From: Octopus vulgaris
Lineage: Eukaryota
DNA: 64,000 nt
Assembly: GCA_951406725.2 (NCBI GenBank)
Contig: OX597817.1
Span: 78,058,001-78,122,000, forward strand
Direction: 5' to 3'
Below the pieces are notes generated by a model. The model was not told the DNA's origin. It saw only the letters and a program-made list of their open reading frames with translations, and made no database searches. The position numbers and the translations under genes are program-made. Of this stretch, positions 37,120 through 51,178 are shown in pieces. Position 1 is the first letter of the stretch. The number at the start of each line of letters is the position of its first letter.

Positions 37120-38085
37120 CATACAATACAGTTCCTATTAGTACCTTTTGGTAGTACCTTCTGTACTGATAGGAACTGTATTGTATGTAGATTTAGCCCA
37201 CAAACAAACTGTAAAGTTAGGAATGTAGTGTATAGTATAAGATGTACAGAGGGATGGTGCAGAAACAAGACAACAATGTACAAAGGGGAGACAGCATGGA
37301 GCATAGGAGAGCGGGTAAATGAGTATTGGAGGGAACTTAAGGAAGAGAAGAGCACATCAGTTCTATACCAGCATGCTGAGTGGGAACACAGAGGCTCACT
37401 AAACAATATAGAAGTTAAAATCTTGTCTATACATAGAACAGACACAACGCTTAGACAAATTACCAAAGCTACATACATAATAGAAAATAAATCTAGCCTA
37501 AATAGAAAACAAGAATGGAACACTAGCACACATCCCCTACACACCACAACCTATGACAGAATAAGATCTACAGAAACTGATAATAATATGAAACTAATAC
37601 AATACACAGATAAATAAATGGAATTAAATAACTATATACATTAACAAATTAAATTAAATTAAATTAATACAAAAAAAGAAAGAAATGAAAAGTAAGTAGC
37701 TAAAAATAAATGAATAAAATAAAAGTAAATCAAACGAAAGTGAATAAACAGGGAATATTGATAATGCATGTACCATACAGATTCCCACACACACACACTT
37801 ACTAAACATAGACACTTACAGGGATATACACATGTGCAAATAAAGACACACAGGGATATATGCATGTGCAAATAAAGACACATGCTACAGGAATAAAAAT
37901 GGCAGATCATTAGTAAGGAGAGACACAAAAAAGAAAGAAGAAAGCAAAGGACTACTGATGAGGTCACAGAAGTCTGATGAAAGAACTCTGGCCGAAATAA
38001 AATCAATATAAAATAAAGCTGAAGCAAGTGAACACCAAATATATAGCATGTGTGTTTTCAACATGACCATCCCCAAATACAACAA
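37120..38085 (+). mobile_element. Penelope-like element 3' remnant (Cys-rich linker, GIY-YIG and terminus)
   Basis: PFGSTFCTDRNCIVCRFSPQTNCKVRNVVYSIRCTEGWC..YKGETAWSIGERVNE..LYQHAEWEH..LRQITKATYI..LNRKQEW; stop at 37617; then a hammerhead-like core, AATAAA and (TA)n. Confidence 0.85.
37950..38008 (+). ncRNA. Hammerhead-like motif in a PLE terminus
   Basis: CTGATGA-GGTC-ACAGAAGT..ACTCTG-GCC-GAAA..ATC; core and stem II intact, stem I decayed. Confidence 0.5.
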
Positions 38086-38106
38086 TATATATATATATAT
38101 ATATGT

Positions 38107-38688
38107 TTGCTTTAGAAGCGCTGAGATGTATTGAAAGATACAGATAAGGAAATAATTTTACTCTCAAGCACAGGATAATGCTAATAGTATAATAAACAGG
38201 ATAAACTATCCATATTTTGCAGAAAAATCTGTTGGCAGCTAGCCATGAGACTCAAACTCACATTCCTCTGATTACATGTTAACTGCTTTACCATTAAGCT
38301 AAACTTACCCAACGACAATAAATCTCAACACTTCTAAAGCAAATTTTGTTGACTTTCAATGTAAGTTGAATTTAACATACGATAGCACCTTATAAAGCTA
38401 GATTCCTATATCCTAAATTTGCCGAAGAATTTATTGTTGGGTCAGTTTAGCTTAATGGTAAAGCACTTGATGTGTAATCACAGGGATGTGTGTTTGAGTC
38501 TCATGGACAGCCATCAACAGATTTTTCTGCAAAATATGAATAGTTTATCCCGTTCATGCTATATTATTTGCATTTTCCTGTATTTGAGAATAAAATTATT
38601 TCTGTATCTATATCTTTCAATACATCTCAACACTTCTAAAGCAAGCTTTGTTGACTTTCAATGCAAGTTGAATTTAACGTATGATAGC
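38107..38688. repeat. Inverted duplication of a tRNA-headed element with an additional 65-bp direct repeat
   Basis: 38107-38323 is a near reverse complement of 38429-38644; ATCTCAACACTTCTAAAGCAA..GATAGC occurs at 38322-38387 and 38624-38688. Confidence 0.8.
38440..38513 (+). pseudogene. tRNA-like SINE head (tRNA-Thr(UGU)-like)
   Basis: TTTAGCTTAATGGTAAAGCA (D-arm/A-box), TGTAA anticodon loop, GTTTGAGTCTC (T-loop/B-box); acceptor stem degenerate. Confidence 0.5.
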
Positions 38689-38690
38689 GT

Positions 38691-38746
<56 letters not shown>

Positions 38747-38751
38747 CACAA

Positions 38752-38789
<38 letters not shown>

Positions 38790-40046
38790 GTTTATATACA
38801 TGGGTATGCATATACATTATTCATCTATATATACATAGACATGCATGCATATGTGTATATATTATATACATTCATACATAAAAGCTTCTTCAGTAAAAAT
38901 GTTTGTTTGTTACTTGTTATTATTTCTTTGGTTTTTTTTTTCAGATTGTCCTCATTATAGGATAACATTTAAACAGGATTAAATTTTGCTTAATTACATT
39001 GAAGAACTCAGTATTTTTAGGATAACAGATTAAGATGTATAGTAAAAATATAATTTTTCTCTTTTGGTTTCCATACTTCCGAAATCAATGATATCAACTG
39101 CTTCTGAACTTTCACATGCATTATTAATTAATAACGACAAAATCATTAAGCTGGCAGATTTGTCAGTAAAGTGTACAAAATGCTTAGTGGCATTTTGTTA
39201 GTCTTTATTTTCCGAGCTCAAATTCTGCTGAGGTCATCATTACTTTTAATCCTTTCAGACTTCATAAAAAAAAAAGTACCGATAAAGTACTGGGGATCAG
39301 GGGGGTGTCAATGTAATCAACTTCCCCCTCCTCTAAAAATTTGCTGACCCTGCATCAAAATTTGAGACCAATTAATGATGGTGGATAATTTTGTCTCAGA
39401 AGTTACATAGTAAGTAAAAGATTGAGAATTTTAGGTATGGCACTTATCAATTATACATAAATACACGTCCCCCACAGATGTATGCATGCATTCACACATG
39501 CATACAATCACACATGCATACAATCACACATGCAATCACACACCCACACCCACATACATGCATACATACATACATACATACATACATACATACATACATA
39601 CGTACATACATACATATATGATGATTGCCACATCATGTCAGATGACAGCTGTCTTACAATAGCATGACAAAAGCTTGTACAGTACTTTTGTCAGTCTCTT
39701 GGTTGCTGTACCAGGTTCCAAAGACAAATATTGCAAAAAAAATTGGTACTATTTTGACTGCTAGTTTTATGTTAGAGTCTCTTTCTCCTAGAAGAGCCAC
39801 CTTCTCCAAGGCTTTGTCAAAAACGAACAGAAAGCCTTCTCTACTCCTGGGAAACTTATTCAACCCATAGATGGGACCCTAAAAGATACTACTGTTCTGA
39901 GTCAGAACAGATACGGGAGTAACAGTAATAAAACTCCAGAACTCCTGAACTGTAGCTTCATCATCAAATACAGTTTAATGTCATACTCAGGACATACATA
40001 CAAACATACACACACTCATACATACATACATACATACATACATACA

Positions 40047-40077
<31 letters not shown>

Positions 40078-40097
40078 GTACATACATACATATATGC

Positions 40098-40310
40098 TAG
40101 GTTTATATCTGTAATTATTGGGGCATTGTGATATGTAACACACTGCCTAAATACCAATCTTGAGAAATTAGGCTTCTCAAAACCAGAAAGGAGAAAGCTG
40201 ATTCAAAGACTACAGATCCAAGCCATCACTGGAACTGTAAAAATCTGTAAAACTTTCCAGAAGTTTATCATTTTAGTATATATGACCATGTTTAGATATG
40301 CAACTACAGA
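40098..40310 (+). mobile_element. 3' end of an RLE-type (R4/Dong-like) element beside (CATA)n
   Basis: [55 protein letters not shown]. Confidence 0.72.
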
Positions 40311-40333
40311 AATCCCTCAACTATTATCTTTAT

Positions 40334-40334
<1 letters not shown>

Positions 40335-40366
<32 letters not shown>

Positions 40367-40637
40367 GTTTAACATCTGCTTTCCATGCTAGCATGGGCTG
40401 GATGATTTGACTGAGGTCTGGCGAACCAGATGGCTGCACCAGACTCCAATCTGATCAGGCAGAGTTTCTACAGCTGGATGCCCTTCCTAACACCAACCAC
40501 TCCGAGAGTGTAGTGGGTGCTTTTACGTACCACCAGCATGAGGGCCAGTCAGGCGGTACTGGCAGCGGCCATGCTCAAATGGTGCTTTTTATGTGCCACC
40601 TGTACAGGAGCCAGTCCAGCGGCTCTGGCAATGACCT
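40335..40637 (-). mobile_element. RTE LINE 3' UTR solo tail
   Basis: (CAT)n-CGTTTAACATCTGCTTTCCATGCTAGCATGGG.. is the reverse complement of the 4400-4448 region. Confidence 0.85.
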
Positions 40638-41062
40638 TCCTATAATTTGTATATATTTGTTTTATTATAAATGCAAAACAACACCACACACTCACCCCAT
40701 GAGTTTTGTTTTCCATACAGTATTTGCAATTCTTTGCTTACTCATCTATGGTACCCTACGTATTTTCTTTTAATATATTTTAATTAATGTGTTATATAGT
40801 GCAGTATAATTTTTAGGCATGAAAATACATATTTTACCACAGAAATAATTAAAATCTGAAAAATATAAATACCTATCGGCCACAGAAACCCTCAATATAC
40901 TGAGGAGACCATGATATAAATTTACATATATTAGTCAAAAAAATTCGCAATGTACTGAGGGTGCGATAGATGAACTGCAATATGGTGAGTGATTACTGTA
41001 TATGCATGAGAATACATGAATATATACATAAAACAAAGCATACAAATCTGCATATATACATA

Positions 41063-41284
41063 CAGGGTTGGGCAAAAGTCACCTGACAGTAAATAAAAAT
41101 TCCATGTTAACATTCAATTTTATTTATTCATTCCAATTATGAATGTTTAATGATTGAATGCTGTGTGTTAAAATCGCCAATTTTTGTTCATTTATTAGTG
41201 AAGTCTCATAAAAAATATTTTTTTGTTTTAAACTTGGAATTAAATGGTTTTGATTTATTGTCAGGTGACTTTTGGTCAACCCTG
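41063..41284. mobile_element. Tc1/mariner MITE
   Basis: TA|CAGGGTTGGGCAAAAGTCACCTGACA ... TGTCAGGTGACTTTTGGTCAACCCTG|TA. Confidence 0.85.
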
Positions 41285-43117
41285 TATATACAAAAACACC
41301 CTGTTGATGTTGTTGAAAATCCAGTGAAGAAGCCTTGGATCTAGGTTAGAAACCAGCTTTTTTCTCTATTGGCAAGAAATCTTGAAATAAATACATACAT
41401 ACATAATTGCATACACATATAAGAAACATTCTCAAATACATATATACAAAGACATTCCCATTCCCAAATCACATCCCAACATTTAAGCAAACAAAAAGAT
41501 CACTTTTGGCCCAATGTGGTTCTGGATTCCCAGCACATCAAAAAAAAAAAAATGTTACAGGAAGGTCATCGATGGAATATCAGCTTTTGTTTTGGAAATG
41601 GACTAGGGCTAGGCAACAACAAATACTTAGACATTCATTCTTTCTAATATACACGGAAATATTAAACAGTTTCAATCCCATTCTAAAGAATTCAGATATA
41701 AGCTTCCCTCAACATAAAGTCAATCATTCTGAACATGACAGAAAAAATTTGTGGTGTGTGTGTGTGTGTGGGGGGGGGGGGTTAAAGAGATGAAGATGCC
41801 ATAAGAACGAAATTTAACGAAGAAGCTGAAAATGTAATTTAAATGTAAATTTTCGCATTCAATTACATGGATTTTCCTGCAGAAGTTTTGCTGTGACCAT
41901 ATACTTAAAATTCCCATTTTGATAATTCTGAAGTATTCTGAGAGGATTGAAACAGGTTCTCTACCGATGAACTAGCTATGTTTAGAGAATATTTTAGAAG
42001 GGTTGCATCAAGTTCAGGTCCTAGAATAGATCTTTAATGTAAATTATTTCCATAATCTTTAGTGTCGATCACCCCACCACCAACACACAAACACACACAC
42101 ACACACACACCCATACCCATACATATTTCTGCTTGCATTTCTGTAAATATAGTTATTTATATGTACAGCTAATAAATATGTATATGTATGTATATCTATC
42201 TATCTATTTATCTGTATGTATGTATGTATGTATGTATGTACATATATATACATGTGTGTGTATATATGCATGGTATGCATGCATACATCCATACATGTAT
42301 GTATACACACACACACACACACACACACACGTATGGGTATGGGTATTTATGGGCATTTGTATACATGCATGTGTATATTCATAAATAACTAACATGTATT
42401 TCAAAGAATTAACATCCTCCTACTACTCCCCTTCCTTCCTCCTCCTTCTCCTCCTCCTCGGCTTCCTCTTATTTGATCATCATTGTCATCGTTGTTGTCA
42501 GCATCATTGTAATCGTTAACTAACATCCCCATCATCATCATCATCATCATCATCGCCGTCATCATCATCATCATCACATCATCATCATCATCGTTGTCAT
42601 CATCATCATTATCATCATCGTCATCACTGTCATTGCCATCATCATTGTCGTTGTCGTCATCATCATCATCTTTTCATAATATTTCTTATTGCTATTATTT
42701 GTCAACTTTTATCCAGCACGATACATACCATAAGACGCAAACTATTTCTGATAAATCTGCCTGACAAATTCTCTGATTAGAAGGCTTTTATCAGACTTGT
42801 CAACTGCTTACCATTCTTTGGGTGCTCTTCGGAACTAATCTCTGATTATTGGTTTATATTGGGAAGAGCTTTGCCACATTTAACCAGAAATGGTAGTGAA
42901 ATTTGAAGGAAAATGACTACGCAGGAAAATCATTGCTCGAAAGGAAAGATAGAAGAATGGAGGGAGGCTGAATGAGATGGAGTGGAACGAGGTATAAGAA
43001 AAGGTTCTGGATGAGAGATGAGAATAAAATTACGGATAATAACAAAAGAAATATAATTGAAAATATGTGGAAAAATATCTCAGAAAAAATATTACTAGAT
43101 AAAATGTTAAAAATATT

Positions 43118-43795
43118 GGTTTTTAAATTTTTGCACCAAGCCAGCAATTTTGGGAGAGGTAGATGCTACAAGTTGATTACACTGACTCCCCCCCCACACA
43201 CACACCACCAGTACTTATTTTAAATACCTCGAAAGGATGAAGGGTGAAGTTGATCCTAGTGGGATTTGAACACAGAATGTGAAGATGAATGAATTGCTGC
43301 CAGGCTTTTTGCTCGGCATGCTAATGATTCTGCCAGTTCCCTACCTCAAAAAGAGTTCAAATTACTGGATTCGAATTCTGGCATAAGGCTAGAAATTTTT
43401 GGGGTGGGTATAAGTTGATTAGATCAACCTCTCCCTCCCTTCCTCAGTATTCTTCTGGTCCCTATTTTATCAACCTCATAAGTTTCGAAAAGTAAAGTTG
43501 GCTTTGGCAGCATTTGAACTCAGAACATGATGAATGAGATACCTCTAGGTATCTCATTCCTGGCCTGCTAACAATTTTACCATCTTAAAAAGAGTTGAAA
43601 ATAACGGTTTCAAATTTCATCACAAGGTCAGCAATTTTGGAGGTGGGTATATATTGATTCACCCCTCACAATCCATGTTCTGCTGGTACCTATTTTATCA
43701 ACCCCAAATGGAGGAAAAATAAAGCTGACCTTGACAGCAATGCTTCTAGGCATTTTACCTGCCTGCTAATGATTACCTGCCTGCTTACCATCTTA
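43118..43795 (-). mobile_element. Three tandem SINE family B copies
   Basis: Repeated AAATTT..CA(C/T)AAGG..AATTTT..ATTTGAA..CAGAA units separated by AAAAGAGTT; a further copy lies at 44368-44580. Confidence 0.7.
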
Positions 43796-43931
43796 AGCTG
43801 TTAGTGCCCCAAATTTTTTTTATTTAATTTGCTACCAAAAATTTTTTTATACAACTAAATATATATATAAAAAATTTATTAGAATATTTAAAAGATACTT
43901 CAGTCTTGATGACTAACTAAAGATATCTCAA

Positions 43932-44285
43932 GGAGTGGCTGTGTGGCTGTGTGGTAAGTAGCTTGCTTACCAGGTTCAGTCCCACTGCGGGGCACCTTGG
44001 GTCTTCTACTATAGCCTCAGGCCAACCAAAGCCTTGTGAGTGGATTTGGAAGACGGAAACTGAAAGAAGCCTGTCGTATATATGTATATATATATGTGTG
44101 TCTGTGTTTGTCCCCCCAACATCGCTTGACAACTGATGCTGGTGTGTTTACGTCCCGTAAAAGAGACTGATAGAGTAAGTACTAGGCTTACAAAGAATAA
44201 GTCCTGGGGTCAATTTGTTCGGCTAAAGGCAGTGCTCCAGCATGGCCACAGTTAAATGACTGAAACAACTAAAAGAGAGTAAAAG
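43932..44285 (+). mobile_element. SINE family A
   Basis: Homology to the other copies. Confidence 0.85.
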
Positions 44286-45740
44286 TGTATTACAGAGATG
44301 TGATGGATTATCCTTCTGGTCCTAAAAAAAGACCATGAATGCTAATGGGTTAAAATGACTTTAAAATATTGGTTTCAAATTTTGGCACAAAGCCAGCAAT
44401 TTTGGGAGAGGGGGTATGTTGATTAGATCGCCCCCAGTGCTCAACTGGTATTTATTTAATCAAACCCGAAAGGATAAAAGTAAAGTCAACCCTAGCAGCA
44501 TTTGAACTCAGAACATGAAGACTGACAAAATGCTGCTTAGTATTCTTTCCGGTGAGCTAACGATTCTGCCAACTTGTAGCATTAAAAAAAAAATAACTAA
44601 AAATACTAATTTTAAAGAATAATAGTTTCTACTTCAGGGATAGGATGAGCAATGTTTTCGCAAGGTGTATTCAGTAACGGGTACTTTATTCTATTGAACT
44701 TGAAGAGATGAAAGCAAGGTTAGCTTGAATGAAAATCAAACGCAAAATTGGAAGGGTTAGAAGAAAAACTGAATGGAATTTTTTATGATTCTCAAACAAT
44801 TGTCGAACCTTACCACTCTTTATTACAGATAATAATATAAAATTTTATATATGTGTGTCTGTATGTGTGTGTTTATGTGCATGTGTGTGTATGTGTATAT
44901 GAAAATCAGAAAGATGTCTATACACAATAAGAGTCAAATATAATGATGATGATGATGATGATGGTGATTCATTTGCTGGGAGCAAATCTTTGTAGCATCA
45001 GATGAAGCAGTTATTACAAGGACACTTTACAATTTAGAGTGTAATGGTGGTGGTGGTGGTGTGTGTGTGGGAGTACTTAAAAGATGTGAAGAAGAAAGGG
45101 AGAGGAGAGGGAAAATGAGATAAAAAGTATGCATTATTTACAATATATGTGAACACATCTATGATGCAATCCTTCTCATAAAGGATGCCCTTCCAACTAG
45201 GGCCAGTCAAGGAACCCTACTGAATCAAGATCATCCTGGCTATCAAGAACACGAGTCCTCACCTAAATGTCGCCCTCCAATTAACAAAAACATGCTTCCC
45301 CTTTACCATTTTTTGCTGCCATCACCTGGCTTTTGAAAAATATTCTGGAAGAAAATGCGTCACACTCCATCCTCACCTTCCTTTAATAGGCAAGTCAGAT
45401 GAGGGGGGAATGCACCATTGCAGCATGACACTGCTTCCACTGTCTGTTGGTATATGCTTGAGTGACCCCCTAAAGCAGTGTCCCAGTCAGTCCTCATCTC
45501 TAGAGAGTTGGGTGAAATGTTTTGCTGAAGGGTGTAACACACTACCAGATCAAGGAACCATGAGCTGGACACCCTAACCACTGTGCCATTCTCTTTCACC
45601 ATAACTAAATACCACCAGATATTTAGTCCAATGCTCAAAGAAAACTGCTGTTCTGCAAATTACAACAAAAACTGTACACTAAAAATAATATTACAACAGA
45701 GAATTAAATAAATAAACTAATATGAAAAATATATATAATA

Positions 45741-46160
45741 GGTCCAGGAATGGCTGTGTTGTAAGGAATTTGCTTCCCATCCACATGGTTCTGAGTTCAG
45801 TCCCATTGCATGGCACCTTGGGCAAGTGTCTTCAACGAAAGCTTCGTGAGTGGGTTTAGCAGGCGGAAACTGGAAGAAGCTTGTTATATATATATATGTG
45901 TGTGTGCGTGTGTGTATGTATATATGTATATGTATGTATGTATGTATTTGTGTGTCTGTGTTTGTCCACCCACCATCACTTGACAACTAATATTGGTGTG
46001 TTTAGCCCTCAGTAACTCAGCAGTTCAGCAAAAGAGACTGATAGAATAAGTACTAGGCTTACAAAGAGTAACTCCTGGGCTCAATGTGTTCAACTAAAGG
46101 TGGTGCTTCAGCATGGCCACTGACTGTCAAAAGACAGAAACAAGTAAAAGAATGAAAGAA
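45741..46160 (+). mobile_element. SINE family A
   Basis: Homology to the other copies. Confidence 0.85.
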
Positions 46161-46588
46161 TAATAATAATAAATTTATAAAAATAAATAAATTACAAAAT
46201 CAACGGCAGTGATGACTAAAAATAACATTACAGCAACAACAACAACAATGGCAAAACAATAAAATAGAAAAACAACTGCTACAATAATGAGAAAACCATG
46301 AGAAATGCCAACATCAGCCTTGGAACCATATATACAAATTTATATAAGATTTATATCATATTTGGTAAGATAAATATATATATATGTGTGGGTTTTTTTT
46401 ATGTGTGTGTGCATGTGTGCATGTGCATGTATTTTGGAATATGAGGTGTTTATTAGATCTGTGTATAAATCAGTATGCATGTGTGTGTGTATGTGTGTGT
46501 GTGCATGTGCGCACGCATGCATGTGTGTGCATGTGCCTCAAATTTCAGGACTACTTTATTTTTACTTATCAAAATGATTTATGTGTGA

Positions 46589-46686
<98 letters not shown>

Positions 46687-47035
46687 TATATATATTTATA
46701 TATACATATATATATATTTATATACATATATATATACATATACATACATATATATTGAATACATATATATATATACATGCACACATATATACATATATAC
46801 TTATAATGTATATATACATATAAATATGTATGTATATATGTAGAAACATATATGTGTGTAATTATGCACAAGCACATTCACATATTTACATGTATATTTA
46901 TACTGTATATATTACATATATGCATATTATATATGTGTGTATACATATATTATATTCATGTTTATATCTGTGTGTATATATATATATTTACATATATATA
47001 TTCATGTATATATTCATGTATATATCTGTGTGTGC

Positions 47036-47127
<92 letters not shown>

Positions 47128-47323
47128 ATATCATCATCATCATCATCCTAATTGAAAGTTCATTGTCCATGTATGTATCTATGTATATATACACATATGA
47201 ACATGCACATACACTCTTAATGAAAAGTGTCTTGACACTTACAAGCATATTTACAGATGGGTGCATGTGTTTGGAAGAGGCAGAGAAAATAGAGAATGCA
47301 TGTGACTGTGTGTATGTGTCTAC

Positions 47324-47366
<43 letters not shown>

Positions 47367-47718
47367 TGTGTGTCTGTGTGTGTGTGTGTGTGCATGAGAG
47401 TTTGCAGATATAATACAAATAATGGCTGGCTGTTTAACATTAATGTTTACAAATAGAAAATGCATTTTCAGTTGAATATATGAAAAATCTAATCTTTGCA
47501 ATATTTTACCTCTGTTTCGTTAAGAGGCAGCAACACCACTTTTTTGTTGGTGTTTTTTTGTATTCTTAAAAATACACTTGTATTCAATATTCTTGTTGTT
47601 GTTGTTGTAGTTGTTGTTATTATTTGCTTTTTTGTTCCTCAAAAAGAAAGTCAGTGGTAAAGCATCAGAGCAAATGTCTTGCATGTTGTGTGTGCATATA
47701 GATATATATGTAAGTATG

Positions 47719-47764
<46 letters not shown>

Positions 47765-47766
<2 letters not shown>

Positions 47767-48125
47767 TACATGATTGGCTGTGTGGTAAGTAGCTTGCTTA
47801 CCAACCACATGGTTCCGGGTTCAGTCCCACTGCATGGCACCTTCGGCAAGTGTCTTCTACTATAGACTTGGGCCGACCAAAGTGTTGTGAGTGGATTTGG
47901 TAGACAGAAACTGAAAGAAGCCTGTCGTATATATGTATATATGTGTGTGTTTGTGTTTGTGTGTCTGTGTTTGTCAACCGATGCTGGTGTGTTTATGTCC
48001 CCATAACTTAGCGGTTCGGCAAAAGAGACCGATAGAATAAGTCCTAGGGTTGATTTGCTTGACTAAGGGCGGTGCTCCAGCATGGCTGCAGTCAAATGAC
48101 TGAAACAAGTAAAAGAGTAAATGAG
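47765..48125 (+). mobile_element. SINE family A
   Basis: Homology to the other copies. Confidence 0.85.
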
Positions 48126-48189
48126 TATATATATATATATATATATGCATTATACATTTGTGTGTGTATACATGCATTCATTTATATGA

Positions 48190-48569
48190 ATGGCACATAA
48201 AAAGCTCCATTTGAGCATGATCATTACGAGAGTTGCCTTACTGGCACATGTGCTGGTGGCACATGAACAAAACATTCGAGCGAGGTCATTGCCAGTGGCG
48301 CTGGATTGACTTCTGTGCAGGTGGCATATAAAAATTACCATTTCGAGTGTGGCCGTTGCCACTACCGCCAGACTGGCCCTCGTGCTGGTACCACGTAAAA
48401 GCACCCACTACACTCCCAGAGTGGTTGGCGTTAGGAAGGGCATCTACCTGTAGAAACTCTGCCAGATCAGATTGAAGCCTGGTGCAGCCATCTGGTTCGC
48501 CAGTCCTCCGTCAAATCGTCCAACCCATGCTAGCATGGAAAGCAGACGTTAAATGATGGTGATGATGAT
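48190..48569 (+). mobile_element. RTE LINE 3' UTR solo tail
   Basis: About four tandem units, the conserved block and (GAT)n. Confidence 0.85.
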
Positions 48570-49477
48570 TAGACATTCTGAAATACTATTAAATTTCATT
48601 CAATTTTTAAAAAGACAGAACTTATGGGATGACCTGATGTGTCTTCTTCTGTATCTAATCATTTAAATTCTTCCTTTGAAGAAGGAACTAGTTTCTAACA
48701 AAGATTCAGAGCTCCATCTTTGGAATGTAGATAACGAAAACAATGTCACATTTTAAACTTGAGAAAAGTCTTGCATAGTTTTATTGTTCCACTTATAGAT
48801 TGTATTTGCAATGTACAAATCAGCTGTTTGATTTCTTTCTCTAAATATCCAAGCATGTATGTGTGCATATGTGTATATGCATACTTTCATAATATCTATT
48901 TTTGTACTTGATATTTTGTGTTCAAATTTAACTTAAGTGAGCTTCACCTATCATTGATGAAAGAGATTGGGAAAAGAATTACAAATCTTATTCAGCAGAC
49001 TTTCAACTGATTGCGCTAATCGTAGACATGTGGTGTGGTCGTCTGCTAATGATAGTCATGATCATTGAATTTTTGGTGGTAGGTGTAAGGTCTTCACTGA
49101 GTCATGGTAATGTATTTAGGGGAAAGGCATGAACACTGCAACATCCAACTCTGCTAATCCTAAATATCCAATTCCTCATGAATGACAAATATAGAAAACA
49201 ATAAAAAAAAAATAATAATAAAAACTCTGAAAGAAAGAAACAAAAGACATGCAAAAAACAGAAGCAAAAGAAGATTGTGAAAAAAAGGATGAGAAAGGAA
49301 TGAAGACACACACACACACACACACACACACTCACGGAAACAAAAAATAAATAAAAAAGGAAGAATTCGGATGAAACAGAAGAATGAAGCAGAAATAATG
49401 ACACAATATATATGGTGTGTGTGTATATATGTATTTATATATATGCACATATATATATACATATATGTGTATATACA

Positions 49478-49522
<45 letters not shown>

Positions 49523-49525
49523 GCA

Positions 49526-49566
<41 letters not shown>

Positions 49567-49608
49567 TCATCATCATTGTTCGACCGTATATATATATAGG
49601 TCTATGTA

Positions 49609-49687
<79 letters not shown>

Positions 49688-49763
49688 GCATATATGTATA
49701 TGTGTGTGTGTGTGTATATATATATATGTATATACATATATATATATATATACATACACACAC

Positions 49764-49795
<32 letters not shown>

Positions 49796-50038
49796 GTATG
49801 TATATGCATATGAAGACAAAAAGATAATATATTATACAGAGAAGCTGAAGATAAAGAAAGGAAGAAGGAAGATAGAAAGGATAAAACAAGACTAAATTGA
49901 AGAACAAGAAAGATGGGTGCATTGATTTTTCTTTAATCAGATTCCTTAGTGTTCAGTTTAATTCCTGCCGTTACTATATCAGGTTCGGGGAAAAACCGTT
50001 GCTGAGATTCCGCGAATCAACTTATAACTAATACTTAC

Positions 50039-50096
50039 ATTATGCTAATAGTATATTTGAGATGATTGAAAGTCACCTCTTTGGGCTGAACACATA
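50039..50096 (-). CDS. Candidate 58-nt coding exon
   Basis: Long T-rich tract with tttattttgcag acceptor and consensus gtaagt donor; only one frame is open (CVQPKEVTFNHLKYTISI). Confidence 0.38.
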
Positions 50097-50392
50097 CTGC
50101 AAAATAAAGCAAAAACAAAAAAGCAAAAGAACAGTAAAAAATAAGCAAAAACAAATTAAATAAACAAAAGTGATAGGATATAAAAAAATAAACTCTAAAA
50201 AATAAGCGTGCCGATAAATAGGTGTATGTATGTATATAAATACATACACACATTTATACATACATATATATATATTCATATATACATATATATTTATATA
50301 TATATATACATGCATATATACACACACAGATATATATATATATACATATATATATATATGCATACATATGTATATAGATATATATGTACATG

Positions 50393-50427
<35 letters not shown>

Positions 50428-50974
50428 GTGAGTGTATGTTTATATGTATATATATGTATGCTTGCATGTATGTATACACATGCATAGACATATATATACT
50501 TACATATTAAACTACATATGCACCATTGATTAATATTCAACACCTGTCATTTTATTCAATCCAACACATCAGTGTTACTTTTGTTTATATCTCTATATTC
50601 TTTCCCCTTTTTTATTATTATTATTGTTTTTTTTTTATTATTTCTGTTCCTATAGCTTTTTTTCCCAAGTAATATTCATTTTTGTTTCCTTGTATTTCTA
50701 ATTTGTCTTTTCATTTATTTTACTTTTTATAAAAATACTTTTTTACTTTCGCTTATTAATTTAGTTCTTCGAGGTTGTATTTGTCTTTCTGACTTTTTAA
50801 CTTAATATCTTGTTTCTTACCATTGTCGCTCTTGCTGTTGTTGTAGTTTGGGGGTTGAGAGGAATTCTGAAGAATGACGTGAATTTTGATTCCTCTTTTA
50901 TTTTACTTCTCCAATACTTGCAAATCTCTCATTGAGAAAGGCATCAATATCACAACATTACTGTTTGCCTTATG

Positions 50975-51036
<62 letters not shown>

Positions 51037-51092
51037 TATATATATTTATATATACATATATATATATATATATATACATGTATATATATATG

Positions 51093-51149
<57 letters not shown>

Positions 51150-51178
51150 CACATATATATATTTATGTGTGTGTGTGT

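Noticed and set aside
37120-37617. Naiad-type selenoprotein PLE
   Set aside because: The endonuclease is C-terminal, with no in-frame TGA at Cys positions and no SECIS seen.
38440-38513. Functional tRNA gene
   Set aside because: The acceptor and anticodon stems are degenerate and it is fused to a repeat body.
48941-49132. Hydrophobic open frame ..ADFQLIALIVDMWCGRLLMIVMIIEFLVVG
   Set aside because: Weak donor and no homology; plausible splice signals exist on both strands, so it cannot be assigned.
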